Under the pieces are notes generated by a model. That model was not told the origin of the DNA. It did no database searches and saw only the letters and a list, made by a program, of their open reading frames with translations. 32,000 nucleotides of DNA. Source: Promethearchaeia archaeon. GTDB lineage: Archaea; Asgardarchaeota; Lokiarchaeia; Sigyniarchaeales; SOKP01. Both the position numbers and the translations under genes were made by a program. Of this stretch, positions 1 to 9,448 are shown piece after piece (the first letter of the stretch is position 1; every line of letters begins with the position of its first letter). The DNA lies in contig JAWOFX010000007.1 of the NCBI GenBank assembly GCA_046497275.1, forward strand, positions 60,001-92,000, read 5' to 3'.

Positions 1-571
1 TTCCACTCGCATAACTTATAGGATCAAATGCTATAAATGGGAGAAATCTTGCAACTAATACTGCTCCAAGACCGTACTTATGAATAAATTTATCCGCCAT
101 ATTAATCGCTGTCTCTCCTACCAATTTTTCTGCTAATGGTCTACCTCCTCTTCTACTTATGTAATAACAGAGAATTCCAGCGGCAAGGGATCCAATAATT
201 CCCATTATCCCTCCGATCCATAAACCCCATATCATCCCTGTGGCTAACAACACAACCTCAGATGGGATAGGTATGATTAAACCCTGCAATCCCATCACCG
301 CAACAAATAAAAAAATACCCCATATCCCAATACTATAGATTGGATTTACAAACCAATCAATAACTAAGCGATAAAGGAATGTTTGATCAACAAATAGAAG
401 AATATATACTAAATATAAAGATATTCCGACTAAAATTAACATAATAACCATATATATTATAGTTTTAGGATCATAGGAAGAGAAATCCACCAAATTTTTG
501 AAATACTGTTTTATTTTATCTGAAAGGTTTCTCTTCTCGTTGGATGAATCCACTTCTTGATTTTCATTCAT
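1..571 (-). CDS. DedA/VTT (TVP38/TMEM64-like) membrane protein, runs off the window start
   Basis: Manual translation from ATG at 571: MNENQEVDSSNEKRNLSDK...GLQGLIIPIPSEVVLLATGMMWG...GGRPLAEK...LVARFLPFIAFDPISYASG. The PxPSE and ARFLP..FD..SY.SG motifs are DedA/SNARE-associated hallmarks. Absent from the ORF track because it is truncated. Confidence 0.9.
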   Translation of the reverse strand, partial: MNENQEVDSSNEKRNLSDKIKQYFKNLVDFSSYDPKTIIYMVIMLILVGISLYLVYILLFVDQTFLYRLVIDWFVNPIYSIGIWGIFLFVAVMGLQGLIIPIPSEVVLLATGMIWGLWIGGIMGIIGSLAAGILCYYISRRGGRPLAEKLVGETAINMADKFIHKYGLGAVLVARFLPFIAFDPISYASG

Positions 572-751
572 TCTTATCAATTGTTTAATATCAAATTAAG
601 TAATATTGCAAATGTTTTTTATTATTAAAATTAATAGTTTAATCAATTTATTTCGCTTCGATTGTAATAATTGTTATATTTGATAAGGATTTTGCTATTA
701 TTTGCCTCAAATAAACATGTTTATTTAGAGAGATAATTATACATTAATTTT

Positions 752-1273
752 TCAATCCTTTTTCAATATATAATTAACTATTGACTCAAAGGCTAAATTA
801 ACATTCATTCCAGATTTAGAGGAGACTTTTATGTAATCTATCAATCCTAATTGCTCTTTTTTCTTATTCGCGAAAAGATCTCCGACGATAGAATATTCGG
901 AAAGATCATATTTTGCAGCAATCAAAATAATCGGTATTTCTTCATTTGAAGTGTTTCTTTCTCTAAGAATTTTTACCCATTTATCGAGATTTACAAAACT
1001 GGTCATACTTGTAATATCAAATAATAAAAGTGCCCCGCTTGCTCCACGTAAATATTTATCAATCATAAAGAAAAATCTCTCTTGACCTGAAATGTCCCAT
1101 AAATTGAGCTGACAAATAGTCTCCTCAAATTTGATCTCTTTAACATAGAAATCTACGCCAATAGTCATCGTTGAAGTGTCTATAAACTCCCCGTTAATAT
1201 ATCGATGCAAGAGGGTTGTCTTTCCAACACTTCCATCCCCAATTACGACAACTTTAAGAGATATTTGATTCAT
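752..1273 (-). CDS. Rab/Ras-like small GTPase
   Basis: G1 GDGSVGKT, switch I TIGVDF, G3 WDISGQE, G4 AAKYD, G5 VSSK. ATG at 1273 (MNQISLKVVVIG) fits the family start better than 1330. Confidence 0.93.
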   Translation of the reverse strand: MNQISLKVVVIGDGSVGKTTLLHRYINGEFIDTSTMTIGVDFYVKEIKFEETICQLNLWDISGQERFFFMIDKYLRGASGALLLFDITSMTSFVNLDKWVKILRERNTSNEEIPIILIAAKYDLSEYSIVGDLFANKKKEQLGLIDYIKVSSKSGMNVNLAFESIVNYILKKD

Positions 1274-1504
1274 ATTAACCAATATTAAATGCTTTCTTGA
1301 AGAAATGTAAAGATATAATATTGAATTCAACCTCTAAATAATTTTTTTTGATTTTCTAAATTGAAACAAAATTACATATTTGGATATTGAAATCTTTTTT
1401 ATTGATTTTTTAAAATCGAAAGAAATGTTATTCTAAAAATGATTTTATTTTAACATTTTCAAATTTTCTAAGTGCAAGTAAAAATATTCTATATAAGGAA
1501 AAAA

Positions 1505-2242
1505 TCAATATTTAATAATATAGGAAGCTTTAAGATAAGTTTCAACCAAAAGTATTTCAGTGTCAGATTCTGCCTTAATTAATATTTCATCTTCCACCTT
1601 GATCTTTGCTGAAGATAATTCAGTCATTTTAATATCATTTAATAATATTGGACCTCCTTCTAAAATATACAAATAAACCCCCCATTCTTTTTGAATTTGA
1701 TATGAAAGAGTTTTATTTGTCTCTAGAAAAGAGGAACAAACGATTGCATCAGAACGAATTGGTAAGGCATTATCATGGCTTTTAGAGACAATCGGTAATA
1801 ATATATTAGTTCTCTCACTTTTTTCCACCTTCATTTGCTCAACAGAAGGAGTAAGACCCAATTTCTCTGGATAAAACCACATCTGAATAAATCTCATCGG
1901 TTTATCTGGATTATTATTAATTTCAGAGTGATCCATTCCCGTTCCAATAGTAGTATGTTGAACCCAACCTTTTTTTAATATTCCTCCTTCTCCATTCTCA
2001 TCAGCGTGTTTAAATTCTCCCTCTGCGCAATAAGTTACTACTTCATTTTTGGTATGATGATGTAATGGCCATATTGCCCCAGGAGAAAGAATATCATCAT
2101 TAAAGACCCTTAAGGTTCCAAAATGGATGTTTTCTGGATCATAATTTTCTCCGAATGAAAAATGCCAGCGACCAGTAAAAGTACCATTTTTAATTCTTCC
2201 GTGTGCTTCGTAAATCTCTTCAGGTTGTCTAATTTCTATAAT
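1505..2242 (-). CDS. Pirin family (bicupin) protein; start codon non-canonical or lost
   Basis: The frame is open upstream of the track ORF to a TAG at 2255-2257 and encodes GRWHFSFGENYDPENIHFGTLRVFNDD...WPLHHHTKNEVVTYCAEGEFKHADE...QHTTIGTGMDHSEIN (pirin metal-binding motifs). There is no ATG/GTG/TTG before this domain, so the start is approximate (ATA 2248, ATT 2242 or ATA 2239). Confidence 0.88.
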   Translation of the reverse strand: MIEIRQPEEIYEAHGRIKNGTFTGRWHFSFGENYDPENIHFGTLRVFNDDILSPGAIWPLHHHTKNEVVTYCAEGEFKHADENGEGGILKKGWVQHTTIGTGMDHSEINNNPDKPMRFIQMWFYPEKLGLTPSVEQMKVEKSERTNILLPIVSKSHDNALPIRSDAIVCSSFLETNKTLSYQIQKEWGVYLYILEGGPILLNDIKMTELSSAKIKVEDEILIKAESDTEILLVETYLKASYIIKY

Positions 2243-2493
2243 ATTTATTTCCCTCTAATTTATTGAATTTTGAATATATCTAGAGATAGATATTTATAAA
2301 ATTGATGTTAATAAAATTTTCATAAGAGATTTATAATTCATTTATGAGAATGGTCTCTGTATCTTAAAATAAGATCTATTTTCAAATAATTAGAATAATT
2401 ATTTTAATTAAATATTAAATTTTTTCATACTTCAATACAAAAATAATTCAAATTAAATTATCTCTTAATGAAACAATAAAATTTCAGAAAAAA

Positions 2494-3225
2494 ATGAGCA
2501 AACCAATAATTTTTGGTCATAGAGGAGCATCGGGCTATTGTATAGAAAATACTATTAATTCTTTTAAAACTGCAGTTAAAATGAATGCTAATATTGAAAC
2601 AGATTTACGATTAACTAAAGATAATTTTTTGATTTGTTTTCACGATCCTGGATTCAAAATTAATAAAAAATGGTATAAAATTAAAAATATAACACTTCAA
2701 GAACTAAAGAATTTAGAATTCAAGGATCATCGAAAAATTTTCACTTTGGAGGAGGTTTTAGAATATTTTAATGGAGATTCTTATATTGATCTTCTCTATA
2801 GTTTCGATATAGTAGACATTAATGCGGGATTTCAAGCCATAAAATTAGCTAAGAAATATAACATTTTGAATAACATTATTATAACCGATACAAGAGTCAA
2901 ACTCTTATCAAAATTAAGGGATTTCAATAAAAAAGTGAAATTAGTTCACACAATTCCCCATAATATCCCAATATTAAAAGAAGAGAAGATACCATATAAA
3001 TTTTTGAAAGATATTATTATCACGACCTTAAATATCAAAGCAAATAGATTTTTGGAAGAAAATGTTAAATTTATTAAGAAAAGCGGCTTCAAATGCTTTG
3101 TCTGGGGCGTAAATTCTAAAATTCGTATGAAAAAGGTCTTGAATTTAAATAAAAAGGGTTATCGTGTTAAGGCAATATATACTGATTATCCAGATAAGTT
3201 ATATAAACTTAAAATACAGATATAA
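2494..3225 (+). CDS. Glycerophosphodiester phosphodiesterase (GDPD)
   Basis: IFGHRGASG...ENT, ETDLRLTKD..ICFHD, C-terminal IYTDYPD motifs. Confidence 0.92.
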   Translation: MSKPIIFGHRGASGYCIENTINSFKTAVKMNANIETDLRLTKDNFLICFHDPGFKINKKWYKIKNITLQELKNLEFKDHRKIFTLEEVLEYFNGDSYIDLLYSFDIVDINAGFQAIKLAKKYNILNNIIITDTRVKLLSKLRDFNKKVKLVHTIPHNIPILKEEKIPYKFLKDIIITTLNIKANRFLEENVKFIKKSGFKCFVWGVNSKIRMKKVLNLNKKGYRVKAIYTDYPDKLYKLKIQI

Positions 3226-3252
3226 TAATAATTAATTTAATAGTATAAAATA

Positions 3253-4065
3253 GTGATTTCATTGAGATGGATTAATAGAAAGTATAAGTTAATATTTTAT
3301 TTCTCTATTGTTAGTTGGATTATTTTAGCCATTGTTTTTGGTTTTTATGATTTACAAATTTCAAAATATATTGCTAATCCAAATTCTATTGCGGGAATAA
3401 TTGGAAGAGATTTTGGAGAGACTCTTGGGTTTGGCTTAATTGGGATAAGTATAGCGATATTGATTGGAATGAATTTTAAAAAGATTGAAAAACAAAAAAT
3501 AGGCATTATATTCCCAATACTTAGTGGATCAATATATTTGATTATTGGTATCCTTTCTTTATCGATAAAAAGTATTATAGATAGTTCAAGTATGATTATT
3601 TGTAGTATTATATTTCTTGGTCTTACTTGGAAAAAAGACTGGAAGAAGTATAAAACCTTTGCATGGATAACCTTTCTTGTATTCATTATCAATGTTCTTC
3701 TCATTGTCCAAATATTTAAAATTACATGGGGACGTGTAAGATTTGAGGATCTTGCTCCAGATTATTCTGATTATACTCCGTGGTTTATACCAAGAGGTTT
3801 TACAGGAAATAAATCCTTCCCTTCGGGACATGCTTCAACATCCTTTATTACTTTAACTCTTTTGTTGTTAATAAACAACTTAAATTTTAAAAAAGTATAT
3901 AGATTTATAATATCGTTTATAATAATTGGCTGGGCTTTATTTGTAGCAATTTCAAGAGTCTTAATAGGTGCTCATTATGCATCTGATGTGTTATTTTCAG
4001 CAGAAATATCTATATTGCTTACAGTTTTGTTGGCAAATTATCTTTATAAAGAAAAGCAAGATTAA
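3253..4065 (+). CDS. PAP2-family membrane phosphatase
   Basis: KITWGRVRF, SFPSGH and SRVLIGAHYASD (C1-C3 motifs); multiple TM segments; GTG start. Confidence 0.92.
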   Translation: MISLRWINRKYKLIFYFSIVSWIILAIVFGFYDLQISKYIANPNSIAGIIGRDFGETLGFGLIGISIAILIGMNFKKIEKQKIGIIFPILSGSIYLIIGILSLSIKSIIDSSSMIICSIIFLGLTWKKDWKKYKTFAWITFLVFIINVLLIVQIFKITWGRVRFEDLAPDYSDYTPWFIPRGFTGNKSFPSGHASTSFITLTLLLLINNLNFKKVYRFIISFIIIGWALFVAISRVLIGAHYASDVLFSAEISILLTVLLANYLYKEKQD

Positions 4066-4128
4066 AAATCTAATTTGATAAAGAAAAATTAATGATTTTA
4101 ATCTAATATATAAGAACTTTAAAAAAAG

Positions 4129-4791
4129 ATGAAGAAAATTGTAGATAAGATATATTATATAGGACTTTTCGGTTGTCAAGTCTACTTAATTAATACTCGG
4201 AGTAAAGAAGGATTAGTTTTAATTGATTGTGGAATGGATTCTGAGATAATAGAAGATATTTCTGATGATGGATTTAATCCTAAAGATATTAAGCATTGCA
4301 TTATCACTCATTGCCACATCGACCACATCGAAGCATGCCATGAACTCAAGGAAATGATTCCCGATATTAAATTTTATGCTCATGAGTTAGACGCACAAGC
4401 TATAGAAGAGATAGGACATGACCAACGAACTGCTGCATCGTGGTATGGGAAAAAATATAACCCCGTACAATTGTATAAAAAATTCACTAAAGATTTGGAA
4501 ACGCTAATATTAGGAAACTTAGAATTTAAAATAATCCATACTCCAGGTCATACTCCAGGTTCTATTTCCATACTAGTAGAAAGCGAAGGAAAAAAAGTTT
4601 TATTTGGGCAAGATATTCACGGTCCTTTTTATGAGAGTTTCGGCTCAAATTTAAAAAATTATCAAAAATCTATGCAAAAACTCCTTGACTTGGAACCGGA
4701 TATATTATGTGAAGGTCATTTTGGAATAATAAAGCCAAAAGAAGAAGTAGAAAGATATATTAAAGGGTATATGAAACAAAATCGTCCTTAA
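4129..4791 (+). CDS. MBL-fold metallo-hydrolase
   Basis: THCHIDH, HTPGHTPG, LFGQD, LCEGH. Confidence 0.92.
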   Translation: MKKIVDKIYYIGLFGCQVYLINTRSKEGLVLIDCGMDSEIIEDISDDGFNPKDIKHCIITHCHIDHIEACHELKEMIPDIKFYAHELDAQAIEEIGHDQRTAASWYGKKYNPVQLYKKFTKDLETLILGNLEFKIIHTPGHTPGSISILVESEGKKVLFGQDIHGPFYESFGSNLKNYQKSMQKLLDLEPDILCEGHFGIIKPKEEVERYIKGYMKQNRP

Positions 4792-4956
4792 ATCATATTT
4801 TTATCTTCATAGATTTCATCTATGAAAATTTCATGGCTAGGGAGTTTCTAATATGAAAATTTACTTCCAATCACCCCTCTAGTCATTTAAATATGATGAA
4901 AATTATTCATTCTTACTTATATGAAAATGACAATTAAATAAATAAAGAGGTCCTAT

Positions 4957-5229
4957 ATGAGTATTTTTAGAGAATTATATGATATTTTTAAAGAATTCTT
5001 TAATGGAATGATTAGAAAGAAAAAACTTAGAAAACTGATTGATAATATGATGATTGCAATTGAGACCGATACTGTTACGAACTATTTTCCATACAAGTTT
5101 AAAAAATTAGAGGGATTAGCGTTATCAATCAACTTAATGGATCGAAATGAAAAAGAATATTTAAATAAATATTTAGAAATTAAAAGGTATTATAAAACTC
5201 ATTTTAAAGACATAAAATTAACCTATTAG
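4957..5229 (+). CDS. Hypothetical protein (90 aa)
   Basis: ATG preceded by an SD-like GAGGT; fills the gap between genes; no recognised motif. Confidence 0.55.
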   Translation: MSIFRELYDIFKEFFNGMIRKKKLRKLIDNMMIAIETDTVTNYFPYKFKKLEGLALSINLMDRNEKEYLNKYLEIKRYYKTHFKDIKLTY

Positions 5230-5265
5230 GATAAAATAATCTTTATATTATTGCTTTTTAGAATT

Positions 5266-6615
5266 TTATAGCTTATGAGGTTTTATCTCGGGCACATTTT
5301 CTCCTGCTATTTTCATATAGTTTTTTATTAGTTTTCTTAATTTTTTTCTGACATCATTATAACTTGGATCTTCCACAAGATTTTGATGCTCAAAAGGATC
5401 ATCTTCTAAATTATAGAGGCAATCTTCCCTGTATTTATTACTATTCATAAAAAGAAATCCCGATTTCCTTGGAGCCCTAATTGAGTACTTCCAATTTTTA
5501 GTTCTGATAGCTCTTCCAACTTGGGATTCAGATATTTGAATAAATACCTCCTCAGGCCAATTCTCGTAATCTTCATTGAGTAAGAGCTGTAATGGTTGTC
5601 CTTTCATTTGCTTGGGAACTTCTACTCCTGCGGCTCTTAGTATTGTAGGTGTTATATCGAGAGTATTGACCATTTTATCAATTTCCTTACCCCCTAAGAA
5701 ATCTAATCCTTTTATAATAAGAGGAATATGAATGGAGGAGTCATGACAAGATCTCTTATATTCCCAGTTCCTCGTCTTAAAGTGGCATCCATGATCACTC
5801 ATAAAGAAAATGATGGTATTCTCCAAAATATTTAATTCATTTAATTTTTCATATAATCTTTGAACATTTTTATCTATGCTATTACAGCATCCCAGATAAT
5901 CAGGATAATTCTCTCTTCAATCTCCTTCTAGTCCCTTTAAGTCACCAGGAATCTTATAATTTTTAAATTTCTCTTGAGATGATTTGGGACCTACCATTCT
6001 TTCCATATCATTTTGTTGATGAGGTTCTAAATATGATAAAAATAGAAAAAATGGTTTCTTTTGATTATAAGATTCTAAAAAATCTAAAGCGAAATCTGTA
6101 AGATAATCAACTCTATATCCTTCAAAATCAACTTTATTCATATCAGAATCGAATAGATGACCCTCAAATGGATGGGACGTATTTTCAAGTAAATCGGAAG
6201 CAATCCAAAAATCTTTATATCCGCCTCTACGCTCTGGAGGTATCGGTTTTTCTTGGAAATCTATTTGCTTTTCAATATCTTCTTTTGATGGTAATATTGT
6301 GGATGCTAAATGCCATTTTCCGATATATCCAACGAAATATCCTGCATCAGAAAGATAGTGAGCAATCATTCTTGAATTAATAGGCAATGCGATACCATTA
6401 CGATAACAACCCGTTTCAGTGGCATATAATCCCGTTTGTAGGCAAGATCTGGCTGGACCGCAAACCGGTTGAGACGTAAATGCATTAGTAAATTTTACTC
6501 CCTCTTTTGCTATTTTATCTAAGTTGGGAGATATATCCAATCCTTGTCCATAACATCCTAAAGTATCATGTCTTTGTTGATCAGTAAAAACAAAGAGGAT
6601 ATTTGGGTTTTTCAT
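5266..6615 (-). pseudogene. Sulfatase-like hydrolase (arylsulfatase A family) interrupted by a single in-frame TGA at 5917-5919
   Basis: N-half: NILFVFTDQQRHD, CGPARSCLQTG (CxPxR formylglycine motif), GKWHL. Past the TGA the same frame continues RENYPDYLGCCNSIDKNV...ENTIIFFMSDHG...SIHIPLII...LYNLEDDPFE, so the two track ORFs are one 449-codon gene. Confidence 0.88.
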
Positions 6616-6910
6616 ATTATGTTAAAAGATATTATATTGAATTTGAAATTAATCACTATGATTTCTCAATTATTTAAAATTAATGAAAGAGGGCGTAATT
6701 TGAAACTGAAGATCATTATTCGAAGAAATTCGCTATTATGAGTCGTAAAAATTATATAAATTATAGTTAAAAATATAAAATAGGATTTTTTAGCCCTATT
6801 AAGATGAGATCAAATAAAATTTTGATAAACATTTATAATATTGAAAATGTTATTTTTATAGTATAAATTTTAATAATTTTTAATTAACAAAAAAGTTGTG
6901 AAAATTCAAA

Positions 6911-7234
6911 ATTAGTGAAGATAGAGATATCTGTCCAGTCTGTGGTTTGCCTAGCGAGCTGTGTGTATGCGATTCCCTTAGCGCTGACGAACAGGAAATA
7001 GTAATTTCTAATGGCAGACGAAAATGGGGAAAAGTTGTGACGTTGATTTCCTTTAAAGGAAAAACTGACGCTAATTTAGATCAAATGTTAACAAAGGCTA
7101 AAAAAAAAGTTGGTGCGGGTGGAACATTACGTGGAAACAATACTGTCGAATTACAAGGAGAACATAAGTTTAGAATGAAAAAATTCCTCATAGATATGGG
7201 ATATGATGAGGACAGAATCAGAATAGAAGAATAA
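6911..7234 (+). CDS. sui1: Translation initiation factor SUI1/aIF1, probable AUU start
   Basis: RRKWGKVVT, KKKVGAGGT, VELQGEH motifs. The in-frame sequence upstream of the track's TTG encodes (I)SEDRDICPVCG, completing the archaeal N-terminal CPVCGLPxELCVC. In-frame TGA at 6899-6901, with no ATG/GTG/TTG between it and 6947. Confidence 0.9.
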   Translation: MSEDRDICPVCGLPSELCVCDSLSADEQEIVISNGRRKWGKVVTLISFKGKTDANLDQMLTKAKKKVGAGGTLRGNNTVELQGEHKFRMKKFLIDMGYDEDRIRIEE

Positions 7235-7385
7235 ATTTACTAAATTAATTTTCTACAAAAACGCTTCTTTTTAATATTCTTTTTTTTATTTTTTCTGAGA
7301 TTAATCATAAATTGATTAAAGTGGAAAATTCGAAAAAAGAAGTAAATTATTTATCTTTTTAAAATTCTCTTTAAATTAGATATAA

Positions 7386-8885
7386 ATGCTAGATGTTAAA
7401 AACTTAGGATCTCCCGAAGAATTTTGGAGATATTTTCAAGAAATATCAAAAATTCCTAGATGTTCATGGAAAGAGGAAAAAATAAGAGAATATATTAAAA
7501 ATGAGGCAGAAAGATTCAATTTTGTTGTGGAAACTGATCCAGCAGGTAATTTGATCGTCGATGTTCCTTCAAACCAAGAATCTACCAAAATTTTTATTAT
7601 TCAAAGTCATATGGATATGGTTTGTGAAAAGAATGAAGATATACAACATAATTTTTCTAAAGATCCTCTAAAATTGAAAAAAATTGAATTTGGAGGAGAT
7701 GAATGGATTACAGCTGAAGGGACTACCTTAGGTGCTGATAATGGAGTTGGATTAGCTCTATCTTTAGCTTTAATGGATAAAATCAATAAAAATGAGATTA
7801 AATTAAACAATATAAATCTCAGATTAATTTTTACTGTTAATGAAGAATCTGGGTTATCGGGTGCACTCCATATTGATAAGAAATATATAGATGGGGACTA
7901 TTTAGTGAATTTAGATTGCATGGATGAAAATAGTATAGTAGTTGGAAGTACAGATTGCGAATACTCTATGATCAATATTAAAATAAAACGAGATTCAGAA
8001 ATTAATAAAATTATAGACTTTTTACCCGTAAGAATATCGGTTTCAGGACTACTCGGAGGTCATTCGGGAATTGATATTCACAAAGGGAGGGGAAATGCCA
8101 TAAAAATACTAGCTGAAGTTCTAAAAACAATTGAACAAAAATTTGATTGTTGTGTTGTTTCCTTAGAAGGAGGTGAAAGCTTTAATGCGATTCCGAGAGA
8201 GGCTTCAGCTGATATTTATATTAAAAATAATCAATCAAATGAAATTAAGAATTTAATAAATTCATTGGAGAATTGTTTCAAAAAGAGATTCCAAGGATAT
8301 GAAAATAATATTCAAATTAATATTGAATATGTTCAGGAGGATGAACTTAATTTCAACATTTTTCAAAGAAAAATTCAAAATAAAATTCTCAATATTCTTT
8401 ATCTCCTTCCATTTGGTCCGATCTGTTGGCACCCATTTATGGAAAATCTTGTTCATAGCTCAACTAATTTAGGTACTGTCATGTCGATGAAGAATAAAAT
8501 CCAAATAGAAATATATCAACGCAGTTTTAATCACCAAAATATAGATTTTATTTCAGATCAAATTAAAACATTGTTAGATTTAGCAGATATAACACATAAA
8601 ATTAGTAAAGTTGGAGAATTTACACTTTGGAAACCTGATTTAGATACAAAATTTTTAAAATATGCACAAAATGTTTATAAGAAATTATATAATACCGAAC
8701 CACAAATAAGGTCTGTTCATGCTGTGCTCGAATGCGGTATCTTCAAAAATAAATGCCCTAATTTAGAGATTATTACTTTAGGCCCAACAATAGAGGCGTG
8801 CCATTCTCCTGATGAAAAGTTGAAAATTTCCAGTGTTCAACATACATGGAATTTTTTAATTGCTCTATTAGGACAAATTGAATAA
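7386..8885 (+). CDS. pepD: Aminoacyl-histidine dipeptidase (M20, PepD-like)
   Basis: QSHMDMVCEK, TTLGADNG, FTVNEESGL, GGHSGIDIHKGRGNA, HAVLECG, HSPDEKL. Confidence 0.92.
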   Translation: MLDVKNLGSPEEFWRYFQEISKIPRCSWKEEKIREYIKNEAERFNFVVETDPAGNLIVDVPSNQESTKIFIIQSHMDMVCEKNEDIQHNFSKDPLKLKKIEFGGDEWITAEGTTLGADNGVGLALSLALMDKINKNEIKLNNINLRLIFTVNEESGLSGALHIDKKYIDGDYLVNLDCMDENSIVVGSTDCEYSMINIKIKRDSEINKIIDFLPVRISVSGLLGGHSGIDIHKGRGNAIKILAEVLKTIEQKFDCCVVSLEGGESFNAIPREASADIYIKNNQSNEIKNLINSLENCFKKRFQGYENNIQINIEYVQEDELNFNIFQRKIQNKILNILYLLPFGPICWHPFMENLVHSSTNLGTVMSMKNKIQIEIYQRSFNHQNIDFISDQIKTLLDLADITHKISKVGEFTLWKPDLDTKFLKYAQNVYKKLYNTEPQIRSVHAVLECGIFKNKCPNLEIITLGPTIEACHSPDEKLKISSVQHTWNFLIALLGQIE

Positions 8886-8952
8886 ATTATACTTTTTTTT
8901 ATTCTAATTAAGACAATGATTAAATCTAGGCCATAAAATAAATGAATCGTAA

Positions 8953-9147
8953 TTAATAATCATCCATATATGCATCTTCAATATCTAGATCCTCTTCCTC
9001 CCAATTATCTTCCCCGATGTCATCCCAATCCCCATCATTATATTCATCAAAATCTCCATCATATTCTTCTTCAAATTCTTCATCCCAATCATCATCATCG
9101 TCCCAATCTTCTTCTTCCTCTGGACCATATATTTCTAAATTCTCCAT
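8953..9147 (-). CDS. Small, extremely acidic protein (64 aa)
   Basis: Strong SD GGAGGT upstream of the ATG; 37 of 64 residues are D/E, with no K/R/H. Confidence 0.7.
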   Translation of the reverse strand: MENLEIYGPEEEEDWDDDDDWDEEFEEEYDGDFDEYNDGDWDDIGEDNWEEEDLDIEDAYMDDY

Positions 9148-9448
9148 TTATATAACCTCCATTGTTTATTAATTGATTATTATTATAAATCATATATTTC
9201 TTCTGAAATTACATATCATAACTTATATTTAAATATTACTATTTCACTTCAAGAGTGTTTTCCATTACATAATTATTCTAAAATTTGGTTAAGTTTAAAT
9301 CTTTAAGTAACTATGAAATTTAATCTAAATCTATGGTTATTCAACATATTTAGCAAGAACAGACTAATATTTAACCGATCTAAACAAAAAAGTTTAAATT
9401 AAAGCAAAATAGAAAATTGTTGAATATGTTGCATAAAATGAAAGATTA

